From positions 729,337 to 793,336 of the forward strand of contig NW_014577067.1 of NCBI RefSeq assembly GCF_000485595.1: a DNA stretch of 64,000 bases. The letters run 5' to 3'. A program made the position numbers and the translations under genes. Positions 26,790 to 40,721 of the stretch are shown piece by piece (within the stretch, counting starts at the first letter, position 1; each line of letters starts with the position of its first letter). Below the pieces are notes generated by a model. The model had not been told where the DNA came from. It saw only the letters and a program-made list of their open reading frames with translations, and searched no databases. This DNA is from Priapulus caudatus (taxonomy: Eukaryota).

Positions 26790-27500
26790 GGCGAAATTTT
26801 CCAGCTAGTTTAGACTGATAGGAGAAATTTGCTAGCTAGTTTATACATTCCCAGCTAGTTTAGAATGATCGGAGAAAATGGTTTAGACTAGGAGAAATTT
26901 CCCAGCTAGCGTATACATTTTCTAGTTATGGTGTAGACTGGTAGTAGAAGTTTCACAGCTAGTGTATACATTATCCAGCGAGTTTAGACTAGTAGGAGAA
27001 ATTTCCCAGCTAGTGTATACATTATCCAGCTATAGTTTAGACTAGTAGGAGAAATTCCCCAGCTAGTGTATACATTTCCCACTGCTCTAGATTAGGATCA
27101 TGATAGGAGAAATTTCCCAGCTAGTGTACATTATCCAGCTAGTTTAGACTAGTAGGAGAAATTTCCTAGCTAGTGTATACATTTTCCAGCTAGATTAGGA
27201 TGATAGGAGAAATTTCCCAGCTAGTTTAGACTTGTAGGAGAAATTTCCCAGCTAGTGTATACATTATTCAGCTAGTTTAGGATGATAGGAGAAATTTCCC
27301 AGCTAGTTTAGACTTGTAGGAGAAATTTCCCAGCTAGTGTATACATTATTCAGCTAGTTGAGACTAGTAGGAGAAATTTCCCAGCTAGTGTATACATTAT
27401 TTAGCTAGTTTAGACTAGTAGGAGAAATTTCCCAGCTAGTGTATACATTATTTAGCTAGTTTAGGATGATAGGAGAAATTTCCCAGCTAGTGTATATATA
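26790..27500. repeat. Minisatellite, ~51-bp unit with ~30-bp variants (taggagaaatttcccagctagt core)
   Basis: Direct tandem repetition. Confidence 0.9.
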
Positions 27501-27511
27501 GTGTATATAGT

Positions 27512-29486
27512 CAAGGCTCGACACGAACTTTTTTTTTCAGTGGCCCGGCCACCAAAATCATTGATTTTCAATTTTTGGTGCCCGAAAATGAAAATCTGGT
27601 GGCCCGAAAAAAACAAAGAAAAACATCATAAATCTTTATTTCAATCTCGTATTGTATATTATTTGAAAATTGAGCCGTCTGATGCACTTGCACAAGTCTT
27701 TAAACAACCCCACACATGGCACACACTGACATGATGAGCTTAATTGAGGCATACATTTGAATTATCCATTCCACGGCATCAAATTTTCACCAGAATCTTG
27801 CATACCATTTTTCTACTTTCACTCATTATTTATCTAAACACGCGCGTGCACATGCTATCGATCAGTTCAGACGTTCAAGAAGATCAAGTCACAGAGCATG
27901 CAAAATATTAAAACAAGTAACTGTAATAAAACAACAACACATTGGCTTTTCATGTTAAAATAAAACATACATTTAATCTCATGAAGGTTAAAATGTCTGG
28001 CAGGCTTTGAAACTGTAAAATAAATATTTGCAGATTTTAATAAGATAAAGTAGAACCATAATTATATCAACAAAGTAGCCTGGGTACGCATGCATTTACA
28101 AGAAAAGCAGCCATGTCTAAGTTCAATATTTCGTTGCGTAAAGAGACAGAGAAAATGCATAAACTAAACTTACAAAGCACTAATATTACACTTCGGGATT
28201 AAAATACTGATCATCTTCATGAATGTTCGTTATTCTACGCGAAATTTCGAACGCTGGCAGTTTCGCTTCGGATCCGAAACAGTGAGCACCAGTGCAGCTA
28301 GCTCGCAATCAGGGTGACCAGACGTCCCGTATTTTGCCCATGTGTCCCGCGTCCCGTACCGACCCTTCCCGGTACGCATGTGTGTCCCGTATTTTTAACA
28401 TTTTTAACAAACTGCATCAAAAAAGGAAGAAATTTCATCATTTTTTTATTATGACAATTGTTTGCCTTCGAAACTCTCATCGCTCGCGTTCATTTTACAC
28501 ACGCCTCCACAGTACACTGCAGACAGGCGTATTGTCTAGACGCATTGTCTGTTCGCTTGATACAATGTAATCAAATGTATGCTGACGCTTGCCAAAATAT
28601 GCTATGGCCGCGCCCGCTCAGATTTTGATCTCTGGCTAGACTGGTTCGCGGCCGAATTGTTCGTCGCAGAGCGTGTACATTGTCTAGCAGAGCGTGAGGC
28701 CGGTACCAGTCTAATACAATAACGTGGCTTGTTGCATAAACCGTGCGCCCTTGTATGCCCACGGTATAATGCTGCACGTGCGTACGTGTGCCCTCGCTCC
28801 GCGAATTCTCGTCTGCGCCTCTTTTGAATGAGATTAGCACGTAAGAAACAATTATATCACATAGACACTTTGAAATTTTAGTGGCCGATCGGGCCACAAA
28901 TGTTAAAGGGCCGGACACACCAGGCGATGCCATCGGCCGATGATCGGCGATTCAATCGGCGATGGCATCGGCCGTGAAATTGCCTGCGTGTGTCCACTCA
29001 ATCGCGCCGATGCCATCGGGCCGATGGCGTCGGCCGATGGCATCGCCCGGCATCGCACAGATCAAAACGTTTTGATATTATCGCCCGATGCATCGGCTGC
29101 ATCGGCTTGGCATCGGCCTGGCATCGGCATCGCCTGGTGTGTCCACGACTGCCGTGCCAGGCCTGATGCCAGCCCGCATTTTACAATTCATCAAGCCAAT
29201 CAGAGTTGTTCAATGATACTGACTTTCTTCTCTCTCTCTCTCTTCGCACTGCGCGCGCAAGAATCGGGCGATTGCCATCGGCCGATGGCATCGCCTGGTG
29301 TGTCCACGACTGCGCGATGCCATCGGCCGATGGCATCGCCCGATGCCATCGGCCGATGGCGTCGGCCGATGGCATCGCCCTGGCATCGCCTGGTGTGTCC
29401 GGCCCTTAACTTTTGGAAATTTTGGTGGCCCGACATCAAGTTTTGGTGGCCCCGGGCCACCGGGCCACCGCTAGTGTCGAGCCTTG
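27512..29486. mobile_element. ~2-kb non-autonomous TIR element, CAAGG ends, 7-bp TSD ATATAGT (P-superfamily-like)
   Basis: Perfect 13-bp TIR caaggctcgacac / gtgtcgagccttg; atatagt at 27505-27511 and 29487-29493; subterminal ggtggcccg repeats. Confidence 0.8.
28907..29406. mobile_element. PIF/Harbinger-type MITE (TAA TSD) nested in the previous element
   Basis: TIR agggccggacacaccaggcgatgcca / tggcatcgcctggtgtgtccggccct, TAA on both sides. Confidence 0.8.
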
Positions 29487-30611
29487 ATATAGTGTATAGT
29501 ATTACGTTCTTGAAAGCTAGTAGTGTAAGTGGTACTCGACGTCAAGACGCAAGTGTCCCGTTTCCCGCAACTCCGGTTGAAGTATTTACTGGATGATGTT
29601 ATATATGTGACGTCACGGTTAGGTGCGCATGCGCAGAACACGCAGCGTCAGGACATCGGCTAGCTGAAATAAATTAATGGCATTAGTGACTATAGTGTAG
29701 ACATTGGTTGCATACTGCCTTGTGGGGCTGTGTGGATGCTTGAGGTGGGAATTTTGTTAAAGGAACATGATCTGACGTTTAGGTGCTATCAGGCTTTATT
29801 TGTTTGGCCTAATCCAGCCCACTGGCACTGGTGATGGAAAGGGCTTTGTACTTTGGAATGGTAAACTCACAGGGCGCACACACACACACACGTCACACGC
29901 ACACAATACTGTTAGTGCACACATGGATCTACAATTTTTTCCCTATATAGTCTGCTGGAACTTACACATTCACAGCATATATAAAGCTGTTTAGACCGCC
30001 ATATGTTAGGTTCATGGATATAAGCGCACAATTCATTTTCACAAATGTGCGACATGTGCAAAAGTGCAAATGTAGACCACTCGTATATATATACCTTGGG
30101 CCATATGTTAAACTACATGGCTCTATTTGATGTTAGTACTAGTAGTCATTCGTTGAGCTCTAAACAAACTTTTAAAGTTCTAATGCGTGCCCGCATAAAA
30201 TTGAGGGTGCCGCTGTGGTCACACTTACAAAGTTTGTGCCCAGACAATTACAGCAATGATTTTCACAATCAGGGCTTGCACTGTTATATTGCACAGGAAA
30301 CCACAGAATCAAATGTGAGGTAGTTAGGTGAGTAGGTTAGAAAATGTGTAATGCACCAATACTATAATCACCACCACCACCAAGTCTTTTGACCATTTAG
30401 TCAATTCTAGTGGCATGAAATCTCTCGCCTGTGTAAATTTCAATAAAAGATGAGTATGAATATATCTAACTCTGGCGGACACAGCTGTACATAGTCTTAT
30501 AATAATACATCTGTAACAATATAGAATGTATAACAACTGTTCTGTGTATATTGTGTTTGTATGATCTGTTGATGTACACAGCTGTATTATAATGATAATT
30601 TTATGATGTAG

Positions 30612-30701
30612 GGTGTCAAGAAACCGTACCCCAGCGTTATTAGAGCAAACATTGGTGACTGTCATGCCATGGGGCAGAAACCTATGACCTTCATGAGACA
30701 G
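30612..30701 (+). CDS. GPT: Alanine aminotransferase exon 2
   Basis: [34 protein letters not shown] boundaries. Confidence 0.95.
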
Positions 30702-30987
30702 GTAAATAGTTACACAGGGCAAACATACTCTCCTTGGAGTGCCATGTTATTTCCTTACTTGGATACTTTGATAAATACAGTCAAACCTGTATTTTAGCAT
30801 CACTGAAGGGAACCCCACTAAATATCTTTTCTAGATAGGTGTCCATTCGATAAAGGGGGTTTTACGGTATTATGCTCACTCGTGGAAATACAAAAGGTGT
30901 GGAAAAGTACATGATGTGGCGTACATGATAGAAGAATAAAAGTGATTCTTTTGTCAGATTATGTCTCTACACTCAGTTGTGTTTTAG

Positions 30988-31096
30988 GTGATAGCGCTTT
31001 GTACCTATCCACCCCTCATGAATGACCCTACGTTTCCAGCTGATGCAAAGGCGAAAGCAAAGAGAATCTTGGGTGCATGTGGTGGGAATAGTATAG
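30988..31096 (+). CDS. GPT: Alanine aminotransferase exon 3
   Basis: VIALCTYPPLMNDPTFPADAKAKAKRILGACGGNSI(G); AG/GT boundaries. Confidence 0.95.
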
Positions 31097-31302
31097 GTAT
31101 GCATTCTAAGGTATTCATTGTTCAATGTTGTAACTTTAAAGTAATAATTATAAACTCCAAAGTAGGGTGGCTGAAAGCAAAAATACAATCAGGAGTCTAT
31201 CAATACCTTCAGTCTTTCACCTAGCTGATTGATGCTAGGAGTTGGTGCTGGCAGTTCTATCACCAGATAATCTGAGATGGTTCTGCCACTGAATAGTATG
31301 AT

Positions 31303-32448
31303 TTTTAGCTCATCTGACATAGTCAGATGCAGCTTGTAGAATCGCATGAGCGAGCGTGCGTCCGGCCGTCCGTGCGTCCGTCCGTCCGTCAACAGTTGGG
31401 CACAAATCTTAACCGCTCGACGTACGGTCACGATATTTGGGACGTCGGGGGGATCGTCAAAACGAGTTGGGATGTTGAAGCTGTGGGTCAAAGGTCAAAG
31501 GTCAAGAGGTGTAAATGAAGGGGGACATTCCTCCTTAACTTAAGGTATAGGGAGGAAATGCAGAATTGCGGCACAAATCTAAACGGCTCGACCTAGGCTC
31601 GTGATAAGTGACGGGTGCCAGCCATATGGTAGGAAAAGCCATCACTGGTGGCCGATAATTGGAGGGTGGCGGCCGACAGGTCAATGGGGGCCACGAAAGG
31701 GCCAGATTTTAGAACATTCGGACGACATGGTCTGATGGCCAGTGATTTGAAAACTTTATTTTGTTTCAGCGGTGACGCCTAGCATTTTATGGCTTTATTG
31801 AAAGTGCCATGAATGTTATTTCTGCTGACGATGCGCAAGAGTAAGGTCGAATAACTTTCTTGCACGCCTCAAGAGGCGGCCTTAAACATGGATTTCTTTA
31901 TCTGTTAGAAGAGAATTTGACTGCGGCGTGTTGCCTAGTAGAATCCGTATCACACTCCTGGGATGTATGGGCTACAACTCCAGGTGAATATTCAAAAGCT
32001 AGAATTTGGCATTGAAGAAGGTTTTGCTCGCTTAAATTGTATAAGTTTTCTATGGGCATTCTGTACTGTCAAGTGTGTTACATGTAACGTATGGCAGTGG
32101 CCACTGCTAGTGCCAGTGCAATGTTGGTTGGGGTACTGTGTGTATTTTGCTGCTTTAATTAGTACAGCGTCAGCCAGCTCTCTATTTCAGCCGGTAGGCT
32201 GTGCGTAGGTAAATGGATGTGTGCTTACCTATTCTCTGTTGCAAATACAGTNNNNNNNNNNNNNNNNNNNNNNNNNNNNNNNNNNNNNNNNNNNNNNNNN
32301 NNNNNNNNNNNNNCCTTGTGCCTTCCACTGTTTCAGCGTGTATGTGAACACATTTGGGACTAACAGGGTTTACTAGAATCCCACCACTCCACCACAGAGT
32401 CACCGCAGTAGACGTTAGATGAGCGCTGTCGCTCTGCGGCACTTGTTT
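31303..32448 (+). mobile_element. Helentron-associated (HINE/DINE-1-like) interspersed element
   Basis: tttttagctcatctgacatagtcagatg start, (GTCC)n tract, and 3' gatgagc...gctctgcggcacttgttt end; same family at 35853, 37968, 41720, 43788 and 49025. Confidence 0.6.
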
Positions 32449-33157
32449 AGCATCCGAATGTTGATGGAGGTATAAAAACATGTCGAGGACCAAGGTTGCT
32501 TATACAAAATGGCTGAACTTAAGTGCAATGTGGTGTAGATGCAGACAAAAGCGTGCACGTGCCCACTGGCACGTAGACTCACAGCCACAAACAGAACTAG
32601 ATCCACCCTGATAACTTCAACAGCATAGTCAGTGTATCCCTGTTGTAGCTCATTTTCGTCGACACACTAAACTACTATATATACACTACTAGATGTGTTG
32701 CATCACATATTATTATCAAACTGACAAAATTTTTGGTGTGGCTCACATACAAGTATCTACCCGGTTTACGTTTGAAACGGAGCTACTGTCTGCAATTTAT
32801 GTTTTAAAAGTGTTGTAGCTAAATTGAATAGGTTATCAATAATCTGTATGCATGTTGACATGTACAACATGTGATTTATTAGATTGCATTGTTAAAGCAA
32901 CCGTAGACCTATAAACCATTATTACAGATGCAATTACATTGATTGATTGATTGATGATCAAATTGATTAATAATTATATTAATATAATAATAATAACTTT
33001 AAATTACAAATCACATTGGTGGGCTGATGTCGACATGGCATTGCAAATGTGTTACTTACATAAGACACTGAGTGCACTTATTGCGTGATTAATGTGAGTT
33101 ATTTATCAGAGCTAACTAAATGCATACTGTCTTCTTATATACATGTGCATATCACAG

Positions 33158-33291
33158 GAGCCTACAGTGAGAGTCCAGGCATAGAGATAATCAGGCAAGA
33201 TGTTGCAGCCTACATTGCCAAGCGAGATGGCGGCATACCAGCCAATCCTGATCAAATAATGCTGAGCACAGGAGCTAGTGATGGCATCAAG
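33158..33291 (+). CDS. GPT: Alanine aminotransferase exon 4
   Basis: [45 protein letters not shown]. Confidence 0.95.
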
Positions 33292-33440
33292 GTGCATAAC
33301 AGAGCCGCTTTGCTCACAGGTTTAACTAGAAGTTCGTTACAGTTAGAAGTTTGTTTAGAATCTAATGGGTTAGGTATTAAAATCTTTTAGTCTTTATATA
33401 TATTACACTTGTTACTAATAATATCTTTATGATGTCACAG

Positions 33441-33554
33441 GCCATATTGAAATTGTTGAAGCAGCCGGATGGTGCGAAAAAGACAGGCATTATGATTCCT
33501 ATTCCTCAGTACCCGCTCTACTCCGCAACCATTGTTGAGTACAACATGCATCAG
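33441..33554 (+). CDS. GPT: Alanine aminotransferase exon 5
   Basis: [38 protein letters not shown]. Confidence 0.95.
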
Positions 33555-33960
33555 GTACTGTTACTGTCAAGAGTACCACACTACTGTGTAATCCACTCGC
33601 GATAGTGTACACTTATACCCCGTACATACTACGAATTTTAGCGCGCGTCTAACGCGCGCAATCTTAGCACACGCTAACTAGGAGCGTGCAGATACAAAAC
33701 TCTGAAGCGGGCTAAACGAGTCATCAGTTCTCCCACCGCTCAGTTCCCTGCTCGCCACGTCACCCCGCAGCCAGTGAGGTACAGGCTAGGGCCCGAAGTT
33801 TTCTGCTTTATAAATGTCAAATTCTGCTTTCTTCTGCTTTCTAAATTTCGCCATTCTAAATTTCACCAAAAGCTTAGAAAAGCCTTAATTTTTTTTATTT
33901 GTATGCAAGAGATGAAAAACCGGTTGAACGCGTTGAATGCGAGCGATCAGCCGGGCGTAT

Positions 33961-34296
33961 GGGATCGCGAGCGAAATACGCTGCCGTGAGACGCGCGCCC
34001 GACCGACCCGCGCACACCGCGCGGACCCGGCACCGTATTTATCGATCGCAAGCGGCCAGCGTAGAAAATCGCGGGATCGCGAGCGAAATACGCTGCCGTG
34101 AGACGCGCGCCCGCCCGACCTTCGCACACCGCGCGGACCCGGCACCGTATTTATCGATTGCAAGCGGCCAGCGTAGAAAATCGCGGGATCGCGAGCGAAA
34201 TACGCTGCCGTGAGATGCGCACCCGCCCGACCCGCGCACACCGCGCGACGCCGGCACCGTATTTATTGATCCCAAGCGGCCAGCGTAGAAAATCGC
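33961..34296. repeat. 112-bp GC-rich tandem repeat, 3 copies
   Basis: gggatcgcgagcgaaatacgctgccgtgaga at 33961, 34073 and 34185; degenerate copies at 38740-38845 and 39330-39700. Confidence 0.9.
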
Positions 34297-34781
34297 ACAG
34301 TGTGTCCTANNNNNNNNNNNNNNNNNNNNNNNNNNNNNNNNNNNNNNNNNNNNNNNNNNNNNNNNNNNNNNNNNNNNNNNNNNNNNNNNNNNNNNNNNNN
34401 NNNNNNNNNNNNNNNNNNNNNNNNNNNNNNNNNNNNNNNNNNNNNNNNNNNNNNNNNNNNNNNNNNNNNNNNNNNNNNNNNNNNNNNNNNNNNNNNNNNN
34501 NNNNNNNNNNNNNNNNNNNNNNNNNNNNNNNNNNNNNNNNNNNNNNNNNNNNNNNNNNNNNNNNNNNNNNNNNNNNNNNNNNNNNNNNNNNNNNNNNNNN
34601 NNNNNNNNNNNNNNNNNNNNNNNNNNNNNNNNNNNNNNNNNNNNNNNNNNNNNNNNNNNNNNNNNNNNNNNNNNNNNNNNNNNNNNNNNNNNNNNNNNNN
34701 NNNNNNNNNNNNNNNNNNNNNNNNNNNNNNNNNNNNNNNNNNNNNNNNNNNNNNNNNNNNNNNNNNNNNNNNNNNNNNNNN

Positions 34782-34831
<50 letters not shown>

Positions 34832-35058
34832 GCGTGCGTGCGTGTGTGAGTGCGTGCATGCGTGCGTGCGTGCATGCGTGCGTGTGTGTCTGTGTGTGTG
34901 TGAGTGTGTGCGTGCGTGCATGTGTGTCGGTACTACCCATATACACTACACACACATGTAGTTACACGTATATGTGTTAATTTCTTTTATATAATCTATA
35001 TATATGTTTTCCATTTAGATTTCTATTCTTTAAATAAAAGGAGTTTGGTTCGTAACAG

Positions 35059-35138
35059 GGCAAGTATTGACGAGAGAGAACATTGAGCGCACGATCAAGT
35101 TTGCAAAGGAGGAGAAGCTGCTACTTATGTCCGATGAG
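35059..35138 (+). CDS. GPT: Alanine aminotransferase exon 7
   Basis: GQVLTRENIERTIKFAKEEKLLLMSDE. Confidence 0.95.
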
Positions 35139-35387
35139 GTCAGCTGATCAGAAAGTTCATTAACACGGTGGCAAGAAGAAATATCCAAACCATGTGCAAC
35201 GCTTTATCACTGCTAGTATGGTCATCGCTGCTAAGTGGTGAACATTGTCGATTGTCATATCACTTGTATCGAGTGACGTTACTTGTGCGAATTGAACATT
35301 TTCACGATTTTGCACTTCAATTACTACTTAGTAATTAATAATAAATGTATAATTAAATTATTTGGTGAATAATTAATATGTTCACAG

Positions 35388-35521
35388 GTCTATCAAGATA
35401 ATATCTATGCACCCGATCGGGAATTCCATTCATTTAAGAAGGTCTTGACAGAGATGGGAGGAGAATATGCTAATATGGAACTAGCTTCCTTTCACTCGAC
35501 CTCCAAAGGTTACATGGGAGA
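35388..35521 (+). CDS. GPT: Alanine aminotransferase exon 8 (PLP-binding lysine)
   Basis: [44 protein letters not shown](E). Confidence 0.95.
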
Positions 35522-35852
35522 GTAAGTGACTGCAACGTTATTAAATTGTGTTTAGTTGTATAATGAATCATTATGTCTTTACAATATTGTACTTACAATT
35601 TGTTTAGATATGTTTATGGTGATTTAAGTACCTTTGCTTGAATAAAGTTACAAAGTTATGATCGGACTAAGAGATGCTTTCTCTGGAGGGAGGGGGTGGC
35701 TCCATCACTGGTCCCTAGGCCACAATTAAAAGAATATTTGTTTGCCCTCACCCGACCCAGGCTGAAAAGTTTGGGTAGGTAGATTGGCTTTTTTTTGAGG
35801 GCAGGTTTTTTTTTACAAATTCAGCATGATGTCTACATGCTCGGGTGTGCTT

Positions 35853-37165
35853 GTTAGCTCATCTGACATAGTCAGATGCAGCTTGTAGAATCGCATGATC
35901 GTCCGTGCGAGCGTCCGTCTGTGCGTCCGTCAACAGTTGGGCACAAATCTTAACCGCTCGACGTACGGTCACGATATTCGGGGTGTTGGGGGGAATCGTC
36001 AAAACGAGTTGGGATGTCAAAGCTGGTGGTCAAAGGTCAAAGGTCAAGAGGTGTAAAAGAAGGGGGAACATTCCCTCCTTAACTTAAGGTATAGGGAGGA
36101 AATGCAGAATTGCGGCACAAATCTAAACGGCTCGACCTAGGCTCGTGATAGTCGCTGTATAGCATCATGGTAGGAAAAGCCATCACTGTGCCGAAATTGG
36201 AGGTCACAGGTCAAAGGTCAATGGGGCACAGGAAGATTTTAACATTTCTGAGGACATGGTCTGAGGGCGATTGAAAAACTTTTTGTTTCAGCGGTGACTC
36301 ATTATTGACCATTTTTTATTGAAAGCACATGAATGTACTTTTCTGCTGAATGCGAAGAGTAAGTGTCGGATAACCTTTTGACCCTCAAGAGAGGTTAAAC
36401 ATGGATTTGTTGACTGTTAACAAAGGACTGAACTGCTTTTGCCATTGTGGATGTGAGCGTACAGTTGCACCATCAATTGCAAAGCAAATGTTTGTTGAAC
36501 AAGGTTACGCTCCTTAAATCATTTATTTTCTAAAGCAGGTCTGTATTAGCAAACGCTGATAGCACCCTGTAATAGCAGACTGTAATGAACCGGAATGCTC
36601 GTGTGTATAGGCAAAAACATGGGGGCAGCCTTTACGCATGCATGGGGGTGAACTGCACTATTCGAATCATAATTATGTGTGGCAACCTGCAATGCAGATG
36701 TGTTAACTTCACAGCTGAGCGAATTCTTGCCTGCTGGAATATACTTGGATTTCAGCAACTCAATGGAGTGAGTTATCACGCATCGAAGGGTGATGCCACT
36801 TTGATTATGATGACACTTGCAGCGCGTGCCATCTCGCGGCAACTGCTTTTCTATGAGAGCCCCTCTTTCACTGCCCCCTCATCCACTTCTCCCACCACCA
36901 CATGACGCTCTGCGCTTGACGCGAATCATGATAACATGTTAATATAGCGAAGTCATTAAAGTTCACAGCTGTATCTTTATATACTGTACTACCGCTAAGC
37001 AAGCTTTAGCTATCATAGATTTTAATCTGTATTAGTAGTTATCCTAGATATAGTGTCTCTGAGCGCAAACGCGTGATGAGAGGCGTGCTTTTCATATCGT
37101 TTGCAGTGATTTGCATCAGAAGCACCTGCGTCAGGTGAGCCGCTGTCGCCTCTGGCGGCACTTTG
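35853..37165 (+). mobile_element. HINE/DINE-1-like element copy
   Basis: Same 5' end, body and 3' caggtgagc...cggcactttgtt end as the other copies. Confidence 0.6.
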
Positions 37166-39329
37166 TTGAAAATACCTTTATGTTGAGTGTTTTGTTTGCT
37201 TGGTACATATATATATTACTTCAATTATATAATGTACATGATACACTTTGTTAAAAAAGAAAAAAAGAAAAAAAGATCAATAAATTTTTTTTAGTCGGTC
37301 CCTTTTTGGCGGGTCAACGGGTGAGCGGCAAAAACAAACAATATTTTTATTATGGCTCTAGTTTAGTGGGTGTACCGGAACTTGCGATACGGCCGGATAG
37401 ATGCCAGCCGATCCGCCATTATTTAGGTCACCAATATAGACAATTGTGTACGTTCTTGGCCGCTTATTCGGTCCACTAATCACTGTGGCCTACTTGTACT
37501 CGAAATTAGTTTAACAGACTATTGCCTATCGTTTGCTGTAAATGTGTAATCTTGCACGAGCTGCCTCGTGGTTCTGTATCACCATTGAGCTAGTTTATTG
37601 TTATGAGCCAATGTGCCGAAAAGGGTTAATGATTACCATTATTTATCTGATCATCCATAGAATGCAGCGTGTTATGTATAGATATAATAGTAATATCATG
37701 TAATACGAATTATTCGCTGTCCTTCGTTTTTGCAATCCGGTCGTCACACTGAATAGCTGCATTGCTGCAATGAACTTGTCTGAAGGTGCACGTGCGATTT
37801 GATAGCGCGCGATCCTATCGGATTTTATTACTGCTAGTTTGACAGTAGTGTGTTTTGGTAAGAATGACCGGTATGTATAAGGACGTCTTGGGCTATGCAC
37901 AAATGGATTATCAGCAGAACAGCGCAACACCAGATGAGCCTGTTGATCGCGGCACTTGTTTAGCTCAGCGACGAAGTCAGAGCAGCTGTAGAATCGCATG
38001 ATTGTTCGTACCGTCGTAACAGTTGGGCAGCAAATCTTAGAATGCCGACGTACAGTCTTGATATTCGGAAGTCTGGGGATGCGAAAAGGACTGCAGGATG
38101 TCGGTTTGAGGGGTGCAAAGGTCAAAGGCGAGTATGTGTCATGGAGGGGGAATATTTCTGCCTTAAATTAAGGTATAGGGAGGAATACAGGAATTGGGGC
38201 ACAAAAATTCCCGGCTCGACTACGTCTTAGATATTCGTGTATATGTATGGGAGGAAATCCATCACCAGTGCGAAATTGGAGTACGAGGGTCAAAGGCAGT
38301 GGGAAAGGATACAATATCAGACATTTCTGTAGGACGTGGTCTAACGGATCGAGTGGCAAAACTTTTTTGTTTCAGCGGCGACCTACATTTTTATAATATA
38401 TTGAACAGGACAAATGTATTTTCGCTTTGGAAAGAACGGTGCGAAGATAGTGCTGATACCTTTGACTCAGAGGAGGGTTTAAACATGGATTTGTTGACTT
38501 TTGGGTTAACAAAGGACGAACTNNNNNNNNNNNNNNNNNNNNNNNNNGAATTGCTGAATGGATAGATTTGCGTCCGCAATGGGCAAGGTCTTTGGACTCA
38601 TTGCTGGTACCTGATCCATTATGCTTTTTCATTATTATGTGAAAAGGGCCCTCGAAAAAAAATGTCTTTGAAAATGTGGACCTTTTGAAATTTGGGGGGT
38701 GCGTACGACCTGCACGACCCTGCAATACACCCATGCAGAGCGGCGCAGTCGTAGAAATCGCGGAATCGCGAGGAGAAATACGCGCGTGAACGCGCGCTCC
38801 GCACCTTCGCACACCGGCGACCCGGCACGTATTTATCGATGCAGCAGGGTGTATTCCAGGATTTTCTGTGGGTCGTGATCATAATTTTTGACGCTTTCAA
38901 CATGAAATAACAGCAAGATGTGATTAAAATGTCAATAACAATTTAATTGAAACAAAACTTTTGTTCCAAAAAAAATTGTCAGTTTTTAAAACAAGTTTTC
39001 TGACTCAGTTGAAAACAGTCTTTTGAGCTGTTATCTTGTCTTTGTCTTGATCTATGTCTTTCTTTGTCTTGTCTTTGTCAGAGTCTTTGTCTCTCTTTTT
39101 GACTCAGTTTCAAATATTGTTTAAAAAAAGGCCAGTTTCAGATTGCTGGAATTGGGATAGATGCGTCACGCCAATTGCAAGGTCTTGGACTCTGCTGGTA
39201 CGCTGATAAATTATGCTTTTTCATTATTCATTGTGAAAAGCCTCTTTCGAAAACATGTCTTTGAAAAAAATGTGGACCTTTTTGAAATTTGGGGGTCGTC
39301 GACCTCACGACCGCGCCTTGCATACACCC

Positions 39330-40673
39330 TGCAAGCGGCCAGCGTCGAAAATCGCGGGATCGCGATGAGAATACGCTGCCGTGAGACGCGCGCGACCCGC
39401 CGAGCTTCGCACACCGCGCGGACCCGCACCGTTTTATCTGATGGCGGGCAAGCCCAGCGTAGAAAATCGCGGGATGCGAGCGAAATACGCTGCCGTGAGA
39501 CGCGCGACGCCGACCTCGCAACACGCGCGCGGAACACGGCAGCCGTATTTATCGATTCGAGAGCGCCAGTCGTAGAAAATCGGCGGGATCGGGAGCGAAA
39601 TACGCTGCCGTGAGACGCGCGCCGCCGACGCTTCGCAAAACCGGCGACGCGCACCGTATTATCGATGCGCAAAGCGGCAGCGAGAAAATCGTCAGTGTGT
39701 CCTAGGCTCATAGTTCGTTATTTTACATTTTTTTCAGACTGAGTTCCACTTCTCCTCCCGTTCCGGAGTTGCTGCGGAAAATCCGCTTCGCGGAAAACTA
39801 TCGGCCCTAGGTAAGCGAGGCGTCGTGGTGAGCACGAGTGTACATGACTAAATTAGGCTATGCACATGCGCATTGCAGAACTTAGCACAGGTTAGACACG
39901 ATTGTGTACAGACACAGAGTTAGAGCGGGATAACTTGGTCGCCACCAAGATAGCAATGCTTCGTAAGTGGGGCGAAACTTGGAGGGCAAGCGCGTATTTG
40001 GAGCGGATAGCGTGTACACCTGAGTTTTAGCGGCGAAGTTAGTACATATCAAATTCGTAGTCTGTACGGCATATTAAAGTTACGAGTTGGTTTTATTTCA
40101 TGATGAATCCAAGCATATTGAACGGTTAACGACGGTTTTTCAAAACCGGTCTATAGGTGCTTGAATAGCTGTCCACGATTGCTTGAGCCTATCACTTACT
40201 GCCATCTAGTGACAAGCTACAACTTTTATTCAGCTGACAGAGAGAAGACTGTGACAACTGTTGCGACAGTTAAATATTCGGATTTATACTAACAGCATAA
40301 TGCTGGTCTTACCAACCTGATGTTTAATGGCTATCTATTGAAATAATAGCTTGCTAGACCGGTTGTACGAAATTTGTCGGGTATTTCGCTGCTAATATTA
40401 CGCATGTGACTAGGTTGGCTATTTCTCGACGAGGACACAAACGCGAGCCTTTACATTGGAGAGCTGAAACGTCGGTAGATGCAGCGAGGAAGGTGTGTGA
40501 GCCGCGCGCGCTGTGTTTGATAACCAGGCACGACAGGTTAACACGCAGCGGTCGGCTCGTGTCGACTTACGACCGGAAACAGCGTGCGCGATGTGTGCTT
40601 ACGTTTATTGAAAGTGTCTGTGCGTGCGTGTGTGTGTGCGCGGCTGATGCGTGGTGTGTGTGTGCGCGGTGAG

Positions 40674-40721
<48 letters not shown>

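Noticed and set aside
34039..34980. Long ORFs of 200-430 aa here and at 46360-47689
   Set aside because: Artefacts of N-gaps translated as X
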